DNA of 64,000 bases. It comes from Macrostomum lignano. Its lineage: Eukaryota. A model generated the notes under the pieces. It did not search any database. It saw only the letters and a program-made list of their open reading frames with translations, and had not been told where the DNA came from. The position numbers and the translations under genes are program-made. The stretch spans positions 744,001 to 808,000 of the forward strand of contig NIVC01000085.1 of NCBI GenBank assembly GCA_002269645.1. The letters run 5' to 3'. Of this stretch, positions 61,729-64,000 are shown in pieces; the first letter of the stretch is position 1, and every line of letters begins with the position of its first letter.

Positions 61729-63414
61729 GATTTATGGGCCTATCAATCTATCAAGTTACACCTTTTAAACTTTGTCCAACTCGGAATATTCCAACCATTA
61801 TTCCGACTTGTAATGCGGTTAAATTACAAGTCAAAATAATGGTTAGAATATTCTGACTGATTAAGCCCTATTAAACACTATTGCTAGAGTCTAAATATCA
61901 TTCTGACTCTTATTTTGACTGATTATTTAAAACATTGCAAGAGTCTAAATATCATTCTGACTATTGAATGCACAATTTTTTACATTTACTTTGACAAAGT
62001 ATGTACAGAATAAAGCAAACTTTTAAATAATGTTAGCCCAAAATTTTAAACTAAAATAAATAAAATTAAATTATGGGTTGGATTAGGAGTTAGTTAGTTG
62101 CTGTCTTGGGATGATTTCTTTTTGCATTGCACTTCATTTGAGTATTTTGTCTTTTCTTTGTGAAGGCTTTATTTGGCTATCTTTTTGTTACTTGTAGAGA
62201 ACAGAGATTCTATACAGATGTCCCCCAATGGGGGGGCGAAGATTACTAATGGAAATCTAATTTCAATCCATCACTTAGTCTTTTAAATTTGGTACCCTAT
62301 TGGAATAAATGTTAAAAACCCGCGGACGTGCACTTTAGAAAAGAGTCAAACTATTTTACCGTGCTTTAGGATTATTAGAGATGTTCCAAAAGATCTGCAG
62401 TTTCGTCGAAATCAAAATTTGCTAACTTTCCAAAATCAAAATTGAAATTTCCCGAAATCATAATTCAGAAAAACAAAGTTTAGTATGATCAACACTCACT
62501 TTTTTACTTTCAATTTACTGCTTAAGCAAAAAGTAATACATGTATATGTAGTAGAAAGTAGTTTATTTTTAGCGACTCTTTAGACACTACCAAAATTTTC
62601 ACTTCTAAATTTTTTTCTAAATTGAAATTCGCTCTAAAAAATTTCAAATTTTAGAAAATTGAAATTGAATTCTCAGAACATCTCTAAGCTTAATAAATTA
62701 CGAGTGTATAAGCCCCTTCAACAGGAAAGAATGGTCGAAAGAATCTAGTTATTAACTTTAGCAGTTTGAACCTAACCCCCAGAAATCGACATTTATCCCC
62801 ACAACAACCTGAAATTATCCCTTCATCTAATCTTGCACAATAGACTGCAGTCATTCCTTAGCAGCCGGCATTCATCATCCACTTTTCATTCTACAACTTT
62901 TATTAAAATGAAGCATGTATACCCTCAGCGGCATAGAATTGTCCCCTTAGCAAAAATATTTCACTTAGCAGCCCACGGTAATCCCCTCAACAACTTGTAC
63001 TTAATTTCCACAGTTATTATCTACTCAAAACTCAATAGTTAGTTATTAGCCTCAGAAGTCTGCCATTTTCTCCCAATTAGTTGGCAGTTTTCCCTCTCAG
63101 CAGTCTGCTGCTATATGCTCATAAGCAATACCTTCAGTAGTTTCTTTTTCAGAACCGTCTGCAGTTTAGCAATTTCATAATTTCATGAAACTATGCCATA
63201 TACCCATTGATGGGATCAGTACACTCGTAATACATGTACTCAAAGCAATTTTTACAAATCAAATTTGCTTAGCAACTTGTGCCAAATAGCAAAAATAGTT
63301 CATTAAGTTATAACTAATATAACCAATCCGCCTTGTTAATTAAGCAAAAAACTTCCAATTAGTCGAAGCGCAAGCTAAAATGAAATAATTAGTTCAATTT
63401 TAATTGTCCGCTGC

Positions 63415-63495
63415 GAGGCAGACTCGAACCTGGGACCTTACACTTATCCTAAACCTGTTCCTAGTGCCTACAGTGCGGCTACTCCGCCTATTGAT
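63415..63495 (-). other. Degenerate tRNA-like (SINE head-like) sequence
   Basis: B box GGTTCGAGTC on the minus strand. No convincing cloverleaf or canonical A box. Confidence 0.3.
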
Positions 63496-64000
63496 CGGAG
63501 GGTGACAAAATCAGCCATATATGCTTTGGCACTGCAGTCAAATACACAGCAGTGATAGGCTGCTCAGTGCACGGGTTGCATGCAGGCAGAGCCAATTCTC
63601 AGTTAAGTGAAATCTATAAATTAGATTTAAGTCTGGAGGAACTACTTTACAGTCTGCAGTTTGTCCCCTTTGCAGACTTCAATGATCCCTTTGACAATAT
63701 GCAGTTCCCCTCAGCAATCTGCAGTCATTTCATTTGCAGTCTACAACTGTTTCATTAACAATTCTCACTTATCCCCTCAGCACTCTCTGCAGTTCTTCCT
63801 TTAGCATTGAAGCAGATACAAGAAATTTTAACTGTCTTCTTTCCAGACAATTTTGCATCTTTTGGCGAAAATGCGATCAAAATCGGTCAAGAATTGCAAT
63901 CTCTGGAGCGTTATGGACATTCAAGCATACAAACAAATATGAGAGATATAGTATATTTAGATTGAATAGATTAGATAGAAGATAGAAGATTAAATCTCTA

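Overview
Eukaryotic (animal) genomic DNA with short spliceosomal introns. The (GACA)n tracts and WSC-gene expansion recall the flatworm Macrostomum, but that is an unverified inference. The window is a mosaic of local segmental duplications carrying three expanded, apparently immune- or cell-death-like gene families. (1) Two copies of an ankyrin-repeat + caspase gene (THG and QACRG motifs): copy 1 has an intact caspase but its 5' end is replaced in frame by a Crypton/DUF3504-like tyrosine-recombinase fragment, and copy 2 keeps the ankyrin exons but has a broken caspase. (2) Minus-strand genes for secreted WSC + PAN/apple-like proteins: two intact, two frameshifted and several relics. (3) Five intact plus-strand two-exon genes and one fragment encoding signal peptide - C-type-lectin-like domain - RQKR furin-type site - variable Tyr-rich stub - TM - Cys cluster - short tail, repeatedly head-to-head with the WSC genes. 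Interspersed are a Penelope-like remnant with a GIY-YIG domain and two minimal hammerhead ribozyme motifs, two Gypsy remnants, a LINE 3' end, a SINE, several MITEs with target-site duplications, and minisatellites of 13, 16, 32, 43 and 80 bp. No CRISPR array, rRNA or bona fide tRNA gene is supported. All alignments were made by eye, and single-base frameshifts could be assembly errors.
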